Positions 49,703 to 63,482 of a stretch of 64,000 nt of DNA are shown here, piece by piece. The stretch's first letter is position 1. Every line of letters begins with the position of its first letter. The stretch is taken from positions 22,816,001 to 22,880,000 of the forward strand of contig OZ281500.1 in NCBI GenBank assembly GCA_965637545.1, in the 5' to 3' direction. The stretch is from Phallusia mammillata. Lineage: Eukaryota. A program made the position numbers and the translations under genes. The notes under the pieces were generated by a model. It was not told the origin of the DNA. It saw only the letters and a list, made by a program, of their open reading frames with translations, and ran no database searches.

Positions 49703-52700
49703 GATTTTGTCACACTTAAACACCTGGTATCAAAAAATAGTTTTATAATACGTTGTGGTGCTGTCGTGGGTTCGAATCTCACTAAAGGCGAAGGCTAAGT
49801 CTTTCCAATGACGACTTTGCTGAACAGAACGCTCGGAGGACAGACTAGATTAGAATTTGGGTAATCGACACTGCCGGTGACCTATTTCTAAAATGTTGAA
49901 CAGCTGTCTGTCATGTTGTGGGTTGGAATCCCACAAAAGGCAAATGCAAAATTTCCTAGTCTCTGCTTTTCCGCAAAGAATGTTTGACAGACTGACGTAC
50001 GTTAGCAGCAAGTTTTTTAATAAAGGTTTGTGGTTTTACCTGTTCACACCTTGTTCAAACTTGAACCCTGTTCAAACATATCCTGGGTTCAAAACTTGTA
50101 TTGTGTTTTAGTTTCGTTTCTTATGTGAGTTTAAGACGATGTAACCACTTGAAATCCTTCACTGAACAAATCCTTTCTTATAAAACCGTCAAGCTTACCC
50201 GTTTTCCTATTAAACCCCTTTACCACATATTTCCATAACTGTTAATGCAAGTTTATTTTTCTGATGTGACCTTCTACCTAAATTGCTTTTTTATGCTCTA
50301 CACACGTTTAGTGGCTTCAAATCAAGTCGCGAAAGTTGACTTACTTCCAGAGAGTTTTTCCGAAGTGAACATATACTTCCCACGTTTCAGCAATCATTAT
50401 AAGTAAAAAAAACTGAACAGGTCATTATAAGTTACAAAAATATCGTCGCGCTGCCAAAACCACGAAACCTCACAACAAGGACAAAAAACAACAAATTTCC
50501 GACGAATGTAAAGTTCTCGCCACAACGCTTGTCTGTTCGAGAAATCTCGCTGCTAAAACAACAACTTTCTTTGGTTCAGAATTTGTTCCTAAGTCACCTC
50601 GCGCCGACTCTTTGGGCGTTTTGCGATTTATTTGCGATCTCAGTGTACAAAGTAAACGACAACTTTTGGTGCTATTGTGACGCCAAAGCGCTACCGTCAT
50701 TCGACAACCCTATGTGTGACGTCACAATGCTTTTCGATTCTTTTCCTTAAGGTCAGTATCCGGTAGCGATAACGCGATTTTTGTGCGGATTGTGGTTGTG
50801 TGGCTGGCTAAGTGTGTTTTTTTCATCACGCTTATCGGCTCAATGGTTTAGCGAATTCCAAGCCTTTGCTTTTACAAAATAACGCCGAAACGTTGTTTTT
50901 AAAAACAATTTATCATAAAAAACAGTTTTATCTTTATTTGGTTTGCTGGTTCGTTAAAAGTTTTTATAACGCTAAAATCAGTCGAGTGCCGTGCTAGCAT
51001 TACAGTTTTGTAATATATTTAACTTTTGTAAACTTCAGTACCCACTGTCCCATAGAACCGTTCAAGTATTTCAAGTCCTTTCTTTTTATTGAAAAAAGTC
51101 AGTTGGACAGTTGAGCTACAAAGACCCTTGAGAACGTAATCATAGCAAAACCTTACGACCGTGCATACAAGGTTGTTGCACAGTGTTTTCCCGAGAAAGT
51201 TGATTTCATAACGTATGCAGAACGTATAACTATAATTTTCATATATACGCTTTTTCAACGTATGAAGTCCTGCAATGAAACATACCACTTTGGCCGAGTA
51301 ACGTAATTTGTAACGTTGGACCAGAACCCCCTGTTAAACTACAGATTTTTTCTGAAACAATAAGCTGTAAACTCATCAGTTTGCCCAATCTCTTTTTAGA
51401 CGTCTATAATGCCCAAGGCCCAATACAAGTTGTATTTTTGACCCCAATAGGCAACACGGTTGTAAATATTTTGCTCGAAAAAATACATAAAAAAACATGT
51501 CAACAATTTGAAGTTGATATTAGCTCAGGATCCGCTAAATCGTCTTGAAATGCTATAAATACAATTAACATTGTCTACGACAGTTAAAGATACTTACACT
51601 ACATAAATTTAAAGCAAAAACAAATTATCTTCCAATTTCAGTTTTACGATTCTGGAACAAACAAGGTTTTACACATTTTGAGCTTTCCACAATTGGTTGG
51701 ATTTTTTCAACGATAATTCTGCGTACAGTCGTTGTTCTTCATTAAAAATCTGTATTTTTCCCAATCATTTGGTCATGTAAACCACAAATGTTTCACAAAA
51801 CTTATGAGTGGGGAATATTTCTGAATATCTATTGTTGTTCAAACAATAAATACTCAAGTACTATCTCTCGTGTTTATAAGTGGCGTCTCGAGAACTTTTC
51901 AACAGTTGCTCAGGAAGCAATTAGACAATTGTTTCGAAATCCTTCACCGTGTCTGAGCGGTGTTTGGCTTCAAATTGAAAAAGTTCATATGATGTCCATT
52001 GAAAACTGTGCTAGACGATATTACTTGACCATACATTTCACCCATTTTAGAGGATTAGTAAGGGTATTGGCAAAAATTCCAAACCACTAAATTTTTCCAC
52101 GAAAGACATTAGAAGCTGCAACATGTAAAGATTTCAGCAATTTGTGGCATTAATTCTTTGAAATAAGAACCTTTTCCCTACAAATGTAATTAACTTTTTT
52201 TAAAGAATAACTTGCCCGAATAGGTTTATGCGAAACGCGAAGAGTTCGCCGAAATACATAAACATATTAATCTTTAAAAAAAAACTGGACTGATGATGAC
52301 AACGGCGATTGTTAAAACGTCTGCATATTGTGTTCTTTATACAAGTTCTCTGGCAGTTATGTTTTTGATTAAAAATATAAAAATCTGAATCTATTGTTTT
52401 GTCATCCATAAACTTCACGTTTGCCAATCGGAAATTTTGACGCATGCTGAATCGGTGATATGTATGACAATGTATCGGGTAATTACAACAACAAAATTTA
52501 AAACGCTTTATACTTTAGCACAGATATTTGGAACTAGCACATCGTTTGCTCCAAACATATCGTGGCAATCATTTACAAACACATACATCTTGAGTCGCAT
52601 ACTCCTCGAGTTATTTTGAAGCAAAAACTGAAAAACTATATCTCACTTACTGTTTTCAAAACACCCATTCAATAATCCATTTAACTTGACCTTTACAATG

Positions 52701-54131
52701 CAAAAAGCTAATTTTCTGATCACGTATACCAATTATACAATTTTTCTGATCACATGTAACTACTGAACAGACGGCCATATGCCCTTAGCACAATTGGCCC
52801 GATACATAAACTCAACACAACTTTATGCAAACAGCGAGCCGCCACAGTAAGGCAAGTAAATCCTTAACAAAGCCCGACGACAGCGCTTATTTATACACAA
52901 GCGATTGTATTTCACTCTCAAGTCGCTGTTCCTTAATCCGCCTAATATTGAATTGAACCCATGGTCACGTAAACTCTTGTTAAGGCGGTGAGATTGCTTT
53001 AAGTTCTAATGCTTTGTAACATTTTGAACTTGGGTGGTTGTTTTAAAGTCAATTTAACACTTGAAGTCAGTATTTATATATCCTTTTTCGTTCCTGCCAT
53101 TTGTCACACTCCTGTCTCTTCCGAGATTTTATTAAACACCTACAGCTTTGCGCCCAGGGTAGTTCCCTATCGAGGTTAAGTTTTACTGCCAAGTGAAGTC
53201 GTGCTAAAAACGTGAAAGCTGTATTGGTAAACTTAAAAATACTGATTTTTTTCTCTTTGTTTGCCTCACTGAAAAATATACCAAACTAACACGATTGCTT
53301 GATATATTATTTTTTTGTTAATGTAACCAAAGTTTTTCGCTGTATTCTTTTCATCTGACCGTTTTTCATAGCATTGATCTATTTTTGTGAGGCGCAAGGT
53401 GTCTCTTGGCCAACGTTTTGAACTCTTATGAGAAAAGGATTATCTCTTCATTGTTTTGTGCTCTATGTGTACAAAATTACTGAGACTGTTGTTCTTCTCT
53501 ATCCGTTTAGGCTTACTGCAAATAGGACTAAACTCTAATGATTTAAATCAAGCATTCAACTGCGACTTATAATATAAACCTTACACGACGCGTCGGGTCT
53601 TCAAGCCCTCTCACAATGTTTATATACAGGCCGCGGAGCTTAAAACAGCTGCTTCCAGGGTCAAATTCAGGCCTTTCCTAGTCGAGAACCCTCTTAACAA
53701 TCAATTGTTTTGTTCTCAAGATGTTTAGACGCAGAACGGTGTAAGTCTTACCCGGTGCTTAACTTTATACCGATGCCTTAAGAGTCTCTTGTATGCCTAT
53801 CTAGCTGTGTCAGGTTTTTGTGAATCACTTCTAATCCAGTGTCGTCCACTATTCGCGGTCTGGAGCACGCACTAGAGGCGTTGGTGGTCTCAGTTAGGCG
53901 GGATGTGCTACTGTTACCAACTTTCTTTGTTTTTCTCTACTCAGCTGTCTTTATATGCTGGGATTTCTTACAATATGTTCTGGCCGAACCCCACGACGTT
54001 AAAAAAATCCAAACTTGTTTTACACAATATACGTATTTCAAACCAAAATCAGTTTGATAATTGCTAATAGCATATGAAGAAAGAGGAAATGGAATACGAT
54101 GTAGACAAAGAAAGCTTAGGAATTAAAATAC

Positions 54132-54215
54132 TTATTTACCCTGATGAAGACGACCTGTATAGGACGTCGAAACGTCGGAATAAAAATACATTTGCCAGAA
54201 GAGCTCTATAAACTT
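54132..54215 (+). ncRNA. Hammerhead-ribozyme-like motif (minimal type I architecture) in a short interspersed element
   Basis: ttatttacc-CTGATGA(54141-54147)-a-gacg/cct gtat agg/cgtc hairpin-GAAA(54169-54172)-cGTC-ggaataaaaata; second copy at 15071-15152. Confidence 0.5.
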
Positions 54216-54738
54216 AATTAAACTACTTCTTTAACTGAAGACCGGAAGATCGAACTGAATAATATAGCGTCCGCGATTGTTTGCATAAAAGTTGTGAAGA
54301 AAGTTTGTAAATTTGTAAGCTCTTTACGCAATTTGGCTAATTCTGTCTTTCAACATTGCACTAATTCTATTTGGTCTTACACTCCCTTTTTTGGTAGACA
54401 ATCGCGCCATGTTTTAAATGTCGATCGAAGTAAAATCCCCAAACAAAACATTTAGTTGGGATGTCTGTTATCTGTAAGTCGAGATTGACTTCTAAAAATT
54501 CACCTAACCTCTTTCCAAACTGCATTGTGATTTTTACCATTTTACACACTCTTGATGAACAAAGACGCTTGTCAAAACGTTAAAATCATGAATAAAACAC
54601 ACGGTTTTGTATTTTTTCAGGCATATTGGATACAAAAAGCGTGTCGTCTTAAAGTTCGTCACACAGATCATTATACGTGATTAAATGGAGATACACACAC
54701 AACATTAAACAGTTGATGCCATTCTGTTTCGTCTTTTT

Positions 54739-57321
54739 TTACTTCTTGCTTGATCCGCTGCCGCTGTTATTATTACGTCTTCTGTAGTAATAACGCCTGT
54801 AGTAATTGTAGTGATTTGCTTGGTTTCCTCCACTTGAGCTGCCACTGTCGCTTGAACCTCCATTATTTATCTTTGGGACGCTTTTTGGACTATTGCTGGA
54901 GTCGTTTCCCTTATTTCCGCTGCTGGAACCTCCATTATTCCGGTTCCCACTTTTCGGACTCCCGGAGTTACTCGATCCGCTATTTGAACTATTTTTCCGT
55001 TTTCCGCTGTTTGAACTTCCCTGGTTTGAACTTCCCTCGTTTGAGCTTCCCTTGGGACTGGTTGAGCCCTTGCTGCTTCCGGAGTTGTTTGATCTGCATT
55101 TTCTTCCCCATCTGCATTCCTGCTTCTTGGGACTCGGTGTCGGAGTTTTTTCCTCTTCTTCACAAACTAAGAGGAAAATAAAACGGTAACTTAATAAAGG
55201 TTGCATCAAGGCTACGGGTTTAAAACACTGCAATTCTATCACCCCCAAAATGAAAAGGTGATCGACGTGTGAGATAGTTAAGCAGTGGTACATGAATATC
55301 GAAGACAGTAAACATTGGTCATTTAATGTTTTTTTTAAGTAAGATGAACATAATTTCGTAACTGGGATTAGCCCTGAGCGTCTATGCAGCGATCACGGCA
55401 CACTCATATATATATAAATCACTGTACGCCCATTGAAGGCGTCATACCGAATCAGCCCGTCACCAAGCATTCACAACCACATTGTTTTTTTCAAGAGGTT
55501 TATATTGTGCTTACAACTAGTTGTTTAAGCAACGTCAGGACCTTATTCAAATAGAGTATGTGGATTGTATGTGGACAAACTTTTTCAAATTTGAAAAATT
55601 TCTTAAAAACAATATTTATTTCGACATACATAAATATAAAAGTCACTTAAATCTTTTTGAACCCTTGTTGGCGCGAAATACCTTCCCCTTGTTTTATACA
55701 GCCTACTTATCCTACAAAATCACTACTGAATAAGTATCGAAATAACCAGACATATGTATATTCCTAAACATGTCTATGTGTCTTACTTTGGGTTTCAGTA
55801 AGTACTGGGCATTCCTCCCCTTGACCTTGACGGTCGACCTCCACAATCCTGGCTCTTTCCTTGACCAAGATATTTTCGCCAGTACCAACGTCCAGCTCAA
55901 AACAATCACTGAACTCAGACCACTGAGAAACCTGGCAATCCTGGTTGTTGGTCTCCATCACACAGTCTGCAAATACAAGGAAGTTTAGTCAAACTCTATC
56001 ATAAAGTCTTTGTGTCGTGGGATCGAATCCCATTATGTCGTTTACGATTCTAAAGTAGAAAACAAGACTTGGGAACACTGCACAAGTGTAGCTGGATCAA
56101 CAAACTAATTGTTATAGAAGTTACTTTACGGTTTGTAAGGCCCTGAAGCGTCTAATCCAGTGGTTCTTAAACATTTTTATTGTCGGGGCCAAATGGTAGT
56201 TTTTTTATGTGTTGGGAGCCGCAAAAAAACGAAACATTGAGAAAATCACTAAAAATTATTACTTTAAAAGCTAAAATAGCAATCTTTGGTGGTTTTCTGA
56301 GGTTTGGTGGGAGCCGCAAAATAAATAGTTGGAAGCAGCGTTTGAGAATCACTGGTCTAATCGATAACGGCACATTCATACATAAATCGTACTACGCCAG
56401 GCTTATTGATAGCTTTATACAGAATTAGCCAGACACCAAACATTCCCAAATGGCAAGGTATTCTGTGGTGGAATTCGAACCCACGAAAGGAGAACAACGT
56501 GTTTTACCTTCGATTTCACTGAGTTCAGGGCAGGCTTTGCCGCCGTACTTGGCTTCGACGATTACTTCCCGGAATCTCTCCTGGACAGTTCGAGAGTTGG
56601 GGGCGTTTGTTTCTGGGGAGCAGTAACTCCAGTGCGACCACTGTCCAACTTCACAGTTCAGTGGGGTGTTTTCGTCACATTCTGGTGATAAAATGGATTT
56701 GTTAATCAAATTCAAAACATTTTCAGTAAATGTTGTAAAGCAACTGGATTCGTACCAGAGTTGCAAACGGGCCTGAAATCAGAGCCCGAACCCGAAACTA
56801 CAAGTCCGAAACACGGCCCGAACCCGAATCGTTTTTGAGAAGCCCGTTTTGGCCTGACAGTTTGATTGACAGGCCCAGACATTCAGGCTTAAAGAAAGAC
56901 CAAGATAACAAATACCACAGACAATTGATCTTAAACAAGGCGTTTTAAAGTTGTTTGACATTGGGTCAGGTCCAGTAACTGGCTATTTAGCTAGTTATTT
57001 TCATTTAATACTGACGAAAAGTGTAAAGTCAGGCCCGTTTTTTTAGGAAACCTAAGCCCGACCCGGCCCGACCCGACCCGACCAGACCCGGCCCGACCCG
57101 ACCCGACTTGCAACTGTGGATCGAGCTGTCTTGTAACCACCCTTTACCTTCAATTTCTTGAATGGGTGGGCAAACTTTTCCATTTCCTCGGGGCCACTGC
57201 ACTACAGGTCGGAATCGAGTTCGCGTCATCACAGTAAAGAGAAATGGATCAGTAAAATCTAACAAGCATGGCGACCACGAACGCCAGTTGCTCACCACAC
57301 AGTCCGTTGATGGAGAGCGGT
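54739..57321 (-). CDS. Thrombospondin type-1 (spondin-like) repeat protein, 3' part; exons 57321-57148, 56681-56508, 55966-55787, 55166-54739
   Basis: Three phase 1-1 exons (174, 174, 180 nt), each with CxVxxWxxWSxC (FSDC in the third)...RxRxV...GxxCP, the closing Cys lying in the next exon. Terminal exon is low-complexity S/G/N with YNYYRRYYYRRR. 5' exons not found. Confidence 0.88.
55343..55482. mobile_element. Rearranged fragments of the 37.3-kb SINE family (two termini in opposite orientation)
   Basis: 55343-55390 matches the reverse complement of the SINE right end; 55418-55482 matches its left end. Confidence 0.6.
56158..56354. mobile_element. Non-autonomous hAT-type MITE
   Basis: Ends cagtggttcttaaac / gtttgagaatcactg; 8-bp TSD gtctaatc (56150-56157, 56355-56362). 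Confidence 0.88.
56756..57118. mobile_element. Non-autonomous TIR element with subterminal (a/g)cccga repeats
   Basis: Ends cagagttgcaa / ttgcaactgtg; multiple cccgaa/cccgac pentamer-type repeats inside both ends; TSD not recognisable. Confidence 0.6.
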
Positions 57322-60300
57322 CTAAAAAACACATGTTGCAAAAGTTTTAAACATTATAGAGTAAAAGGCAATTTGTGAAATAAATACCCTAGCACAGTAA
57401 TAGGCTAACTAACGCTGTCAAATTTTTTAAACGTTATAGAGCCAAAAATAAATTATCACATTATACTAAGTAACAACACTAGACAGAACTAAGTTTGTTC
57501 AAATTAAAAAAGTCTTTTCTGTTTACACTTAAATGAGGTTTTTTTACTCCTCGTTGCACAATTGTGATTTAAACGTTCGCAAAAAGTTGAAGCTTTACAA
57601 AAAAATTATGTGTATTATTTTCAAACTTTTTTAAAATTGACAAACCTTTACTACGACTTACCATAAAAACTCCATGCCATGCATGTGCTTGCTGATAAAA
57701 GTATAAGTGCCACACATCTCATCATGTTTTTGCTTGACATTTTTCGTTGCTATTCTTGCTGTTGTTGTGCTAATCAAACTTGTCATGTCCATTGAGTCCT
57801 AGCGAAGCCCTTATATACTCGAAAATCAGCACCAAAACGTGCTGTTTTGTTGTCACTTATTCCCGTTAATGTAAACTCCAACAAGTAAATATTAAACATT
57901 TCAAAATCGTGGCGTTAAGTAATTTGTGTGGCACAATGGCCAGGCCGCCAGCCGACGCAATTTAAACCAGCCCGAGCTGGCAATTATCTACTTAATTATG
58001 ACGTCACAGACGAGATGAATCAAAGCAGATCGCGTATGTTTACAACCGCTTTGTGGGCATCTGTCAACAGTTTGTAGGAGTTTTGTGACGCAATAAACGC
58101 TTATTGTTGAAAATTTGGGAGAATATCTTCCAGGGCCTTCGGTCTTCGTCATTTCGAAAAATCTCCGCGGGGATAAACGCAGCCAAAATCTATTGTGACG
58201 CCATATACACATTGTGACTTGAAATATTAGGAATAAAGAAACAAAAAAATTTGGCATATCGTTAAAGTAGGATTGTAAATCAGGCGTAAGCTTGAATTAG
58301 GCCTGACCACTAAGCTAACTTGTATGCCTTACCCGGGCTTTTCTAGTTTTAAAAAATCTGGTTTAAAATCCGAATTCGGTCCGATTTTTGGTGACAAATT
58401 TGGGATTTCCCATACATAAGAACAATTATTGGTATGCATGCTTATGTATTATGTAGACACCTTTTCCCAATTGGTTAAGCGACTTTTGAGCCAAAATGCA
58501 TCGTATGTAAATATGTTAGTGTTTTTTTCCTAATATGGAGAGCCTGGTTACCACTCCAGTCCTATATGGGCACGTTGTATGTCAAGCCTATCGACAAAAA
58601 AATGCTTCAACCATGCCATGTTCTTTTGTGACACGGTTACGATGTAAAATGACACAAAAACAATCAACATGCTGCTTCCTTTGAGTCATTTTCTTGTAAT
58701 GCAGGAAATGCTTTACAGGTATGAATAACACGTTGAGCGATGGTTTTTTTTTTCGGGTCATAGTAAACCCTGGAAAGAATTATTGAATGGTTTCGTAAGT
58801 GCCAGGCAGCGGAAGAATGGTTTCGTATATAACAGGCTTACACCATGTGCATAACAACAAAAGTATGAATGTGTATGTCAAAGTATAAACGTTTATACAT
58901 TATGCCTGTCAAGTTTAGTGCATGACAAAGTATAAACGTTTATACATTACATAAGCTATTACTCCCAGGCATAATATCAAGTTTATAGAGCTCTTCTCGC
59001 AAATGTATTTTTTATACATTATGCCTGGCAGCAATAGCTTATTTATTTATGATAACGGTTGCTTTGCTTGAATAATATGATTAAAGTGGGCTTATAGAGT
59101 GACTTCTTATTTCTTTATTATTAATGCCATTCGGTAGCTTCGTTGTATAAGCTAAAAAAATGTTTTTGCATTTGCTTGTCAAAAGGTTGTTCAAGGCTTT
59201 TCAATAGTTTGTGGTTTGACAAATAACACAAATTCACTAAGTTTAGATATAGCAGCTTTTCTCTTTTTAAATAAGTGTGCACTGCTGCAACAACAACTAA
59301 TACCCTAATTTATTTCATGTTAGCTAATGATGGTTTATCCTCTTCAAGCACTCTGATTTGGGCAGATGGATTGCCTTGAGTGACCTAAATTTGACTTCTA
59401 AAAGTTCTTCTAAAACCTTTGTGGAAAATGGTAGAAATCTTTTCAACGCATTGGTTAAACTATAGCAATAAATCGACTAATTTTTATGCCCACACCATGC
59501 GGCCAATTGTTTATCGGTTTGATAAGCCTACTTAGGTTTTGACACAACGTTTTATTTTAGCACAAGTCCCACCAAATCACCTAAAAACAATGTTCACTAT
59601 AGAGTCAAATATGTGTAGTGGTTAAGTCAAGTCATTATTTCTAATTTGGATGACCTGAATTTCGCGATGAGTAGAGGTGTAGCCTACACTTCCCTATGTA
59701 TTTAATATAGGTCGGTCTATCAAAATGGTTTACCAACTTTTATAAGCCAAACTTTCGCACCAAATCAAAACGTTTGCAAACATATGTTTATTAGGGTTTT
59801 AACTAAGAGATGGTCTATTCGACCCCCTATGGCGATCCTACTGAAAGCTTTAACTGTCACATGGTTTATTGCAAGGGTGGGTTTGTGTTCTTAACTTGGA
59901 ACTGTGTCATAGAGTTGTATTGAAGTTTACTGTGTGATTGAGTTTGTTTCGCTTGGTGAAAGACAACATAGTAACACAATAGCACTAAAACAATTACCAA
60001 GCCGGAAATAGTTGCGCAACGTTTAAACGTTATTGAGCGCAAAAAAAGTGTCGGGCACAATTGGTGGATAGTGGTACAACTCGCTGCAGCTACACTGTAT
60101 TGTAAGGCGTTATGTGGTGGGAGCTTGCAAGGAGGTGAGTGTGGCGTAAGGTGAGTATAACACGTCTGGGGAGAAACGATGGTGGGACCAGTCGAGGGGT
60201 TCCTAAAATCTAACCACCCGTGTAAGGGAAAGAGGGCGGGGTTCGACTGGGCAATGACTGCTAGTATCTGAAGTAAACCTGTCCAAGCTAATGTTTAACC

Positions 60301-61663
60301 AAACAAGAACTGTAGTTTACTTGATAACTGTACATATTCACATCTCACACATGTGATTCAAACACTTAAATGCTTATGCTTGCCTACACTTCTACGTTAT
60401 TGCATGAGCATCGTTACATCCCGATCAACTAAAAGGTCGTCAACCTTCATTGGTTTGTTGTGACGTAAAATAAAACATATCAAAATACATGACTGTATTC
60501 ATTATATCCATGTCTATACGTAGGATTAAGCAGGAAATGCTACTGAGCAATTACTAGCGCATCGGGCAATGTTGTGTATTGGCTTTTTCGGGTGATGGAA
60601 TAAGCTGTACATATATAAGTGCATTCGAATTTAGCTATGGCAGAAAAGTGTCAAGCAGTGGAAGTACCGTTTCGTATAACGGACGCATATCTTAATCAAA
60701 AACAATTTAGGTTTGAGTCTATGCTAAAAGTTGATGATTTGTGTCTATGCTAAAAGGAGTGATGAATTCTTCAAGCTAATGCCATTTGGTCGCTTCGTTG
60801 TATGTTTTCGTGACGAACAAAGAATTTTTTTTCGCGTTTGGTTGTCAAAACTCTGATCAACTAGAACAGTAGGCGTATAAATAAATTGAGTTTTGGAAAA
60901 TCTACTTAAGGTTCGGGTTTATTCTCGACTGCTTTTGTTATTTAAACCGAGTTAGCAATGAATTTTACCTCTAAAACAACTCTGTTTTACAGCTGGTAGA
61001 TTACTTTTAATGACCTATTGTCGGTTTCTTGAAGTTACACGTGGTTTGGTTTTTACTTATAGTTTGTTCCAAACCTTTCTGTGGTCGCGTACCACTTTAA
61101 GGTTACGCATAGTCACCGTGTTCCACCCATAAAGAATTATATATATAATTAGAAACTTTTTACATACAGAATCTAAAATGTAGTACAACTAAGAGTTTAT
61201 CAAACTAATGCACAGTCTATTACTGCTTGCTTTCAATAAACCGATCAATGCATAGCAAAACGTCATTCGACACAATATTCCGTAAGTCATGTTTTAGCTT
61301 CGACATGGTATGAAAAGTATTTGTAATCGAATACCTTTAATGCTGTTTTGCACTTGCAGTACACCTTTATTTCCTGAAAACTAAAGCCGACAGCTGTTAG
61401 ATTGTCCTTCAGTGGCGGAACGTCGGTTTCTTAATGTTGCACACGGCGGTTTGTTTTTTATGACCTTTCTAAATTACCTAAAAAAACTAAAATATTCTCT
61501 TGCCGCTAAAAAAATCTAAATTCATGCATCAACGGTTTTGAGCAAGATAGGCAAATGAAAAACGAACTGTGTGTTTTATAAGCGTGCTATGTCGTAAATT
61601 TAAATTAATCTTTTTTATAAACAGCCGTTATTAGGAGTTGTTTTAAACTTCATAAAAGCCAGC

Positions 61664-63482
61664 ATGTATCGTAAAAATGTCAATACATTTAAAATACTGG
61701 TTGTGTTCGCTTTCTTTTCCTTGGTGTCAGTTTTTCTTGTGAAGCAAGACAGTGAGACGCTTGTAAGATTGCTTCAATGGAACAAACTCAGGACAGCAGA
61801 TGTTTACATCACAGTGAAGACAAGCCAGAAATTTCACGAGACCCGTCTGCAGCTTATTCTTGATACTTGGTACAATGATGTGAAAAAAGGAAACGTAAGC
61901 TGGTGTGAAGTTAGTATTTAGGCCGAGTAAAAGTTAGTATCATGTGACATGTTGTACAGTTGGTTTTGCTTGGGCTTATGTTTTTATTCGTTTGTGACAC
62001 TTTTTACACTTGATCCAAATTTCGAAAGTTGTTTATTATGATGAGTGATATTACTTTGGTGCAAAATGAGGTTTAGACGTTATAATACTCGCCCGAATTT
62101 TGACATTAAAGTCTTAAACATGCAATGATATAATAGTTGCACTCTTCAAAATTAATTATTAAGGTAGACTTGGAAACCTTTTGAGCCTTTAAACACATTA
62201 TTAAATATTTAAACACATTATTAAATGTTTTTTACAGATTGCATTTATAACAGATCATGGAGACGAAACGTACACAAGAAAAACTGAAGGTCTCCTTGTT
62301 ACAACCAAATGTGGAGACATGCATTCAACGTAAGGGTTGTACTAATATAGCCCTAAATAATTGTGTTTGTTATGTGCATCGAGCTACTGAGCAATTTATG
62401 CTCCTGGGCTCCGTCTCGTATTTTACTCTCTTAGTGCCTTATTAAGGGTTATTTGTATTTCTGTGTAGTTTAATTACATTCCTTAGTTCCGCTTAAAGTC
62501 TCTCGTTTTCTTGTTGCTTTCCTCAGTTGTAGTTTTCGCGTTTACTTGACATTTTGTGTTAACTTCTATTTTACATTACAGGACTTCTAGTGTCGATCTC
62601 TGTTGTTTAAAGCTAATAAACATTATTACGTTAATATAGTCAATTACTGCATTATGCACATATTCTCACACGTCCTGTAAAACGTAACTTAAAAACCACG
62701 TCGATTTAATTTGCTTGTGTCAGTTTCCAACTCTATCATACATATTTCAGTTACCAACTCTGCTGCAAGACTGGTTTTGAGTTCGACCAATTTATGAAAA
62801 CCTTAAGGCCACGGTGAGTAAAAAAGCCTTAGTTGTTTCATACAAGCTATTTGTCATGAAGCCAGCAATTTGAAAAGAATTGGGTGTGTTGGTCCCGATT
62901 GTATGAAGATCTTGATCAACTGATGTAAACTAGTGTAGACAAGCCTTACCACATTACAAATCATTTGTACTAAAAGTTATGTCCGAATTAGGCATAGATT
63001 TTATGCGCACAAAACGACCAACGAATCAAAACCACTTACAAAATGCATAACTTTTTTAGCATATATTTGGTAAGTGTTACTTTCTCAAACGAACAAACAA
63101 TAAAAAATATGCCACTGTGCCAGGGAAGTATTAACCCAGTGATTTTGCAGGTTTTAATTTTGGCCAGCTTGTTTTGCTTTTCCAGCAAAGAGCTTGAGTT
63201 TTTTTTAATGCAACTGTGTAAATTCTAATCGTACATTTAAAATTACGCAGAGTAGCATGCTTTACAGTGCGTCAATTTGTAACAATGTGAATCGTAACTA
63301 TGCGTATTAAAAACAAATTTATCGTGGTTTGTTTGCAGAAATTGACATGTTGTGTTTGCAGATGGTGGTGTCACTTCGATGATGATAACTACGTCAACAT
63401 AAAGCGATTGCTTGAAGTTTTGGAAGAGTACGACAGCAAAGAGAATGTTTACCTGGGAAAGAAGACCAAAGAGATTGATTCC
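61664..63482 (+). CDS. fng: Fringe-family O-fucosylpeptide beta-1,3-N-acetylglucosaminyltransferase, 5' part; exons 61664-61894, 62238-62329, 62751-62813, 63362-about 63482; continues beyond the window
   Basis: N-terminal type II membrane anchor, then DVYITVKTSQKFHETRLQLILDTW, FITDHGD, LCCKTGFEFDQF and WWCHFDDDNYVN...VYLGK, matching the fringe motifs (DVFIAVKTT, TD, LSCK, WFCHVDDDNYVN); GT-AG phases 0,2,2. Confidence 0.93.

Noticed and set aside
50400-53900. ORFs of 60-100 aa on both strands (e.g. 51019-51288, 51788-52090, 52200-52445)
   Set aside because: No recognisable domain and no phase-consistent exon chain; most likely chance ORFs or decayed repeats.
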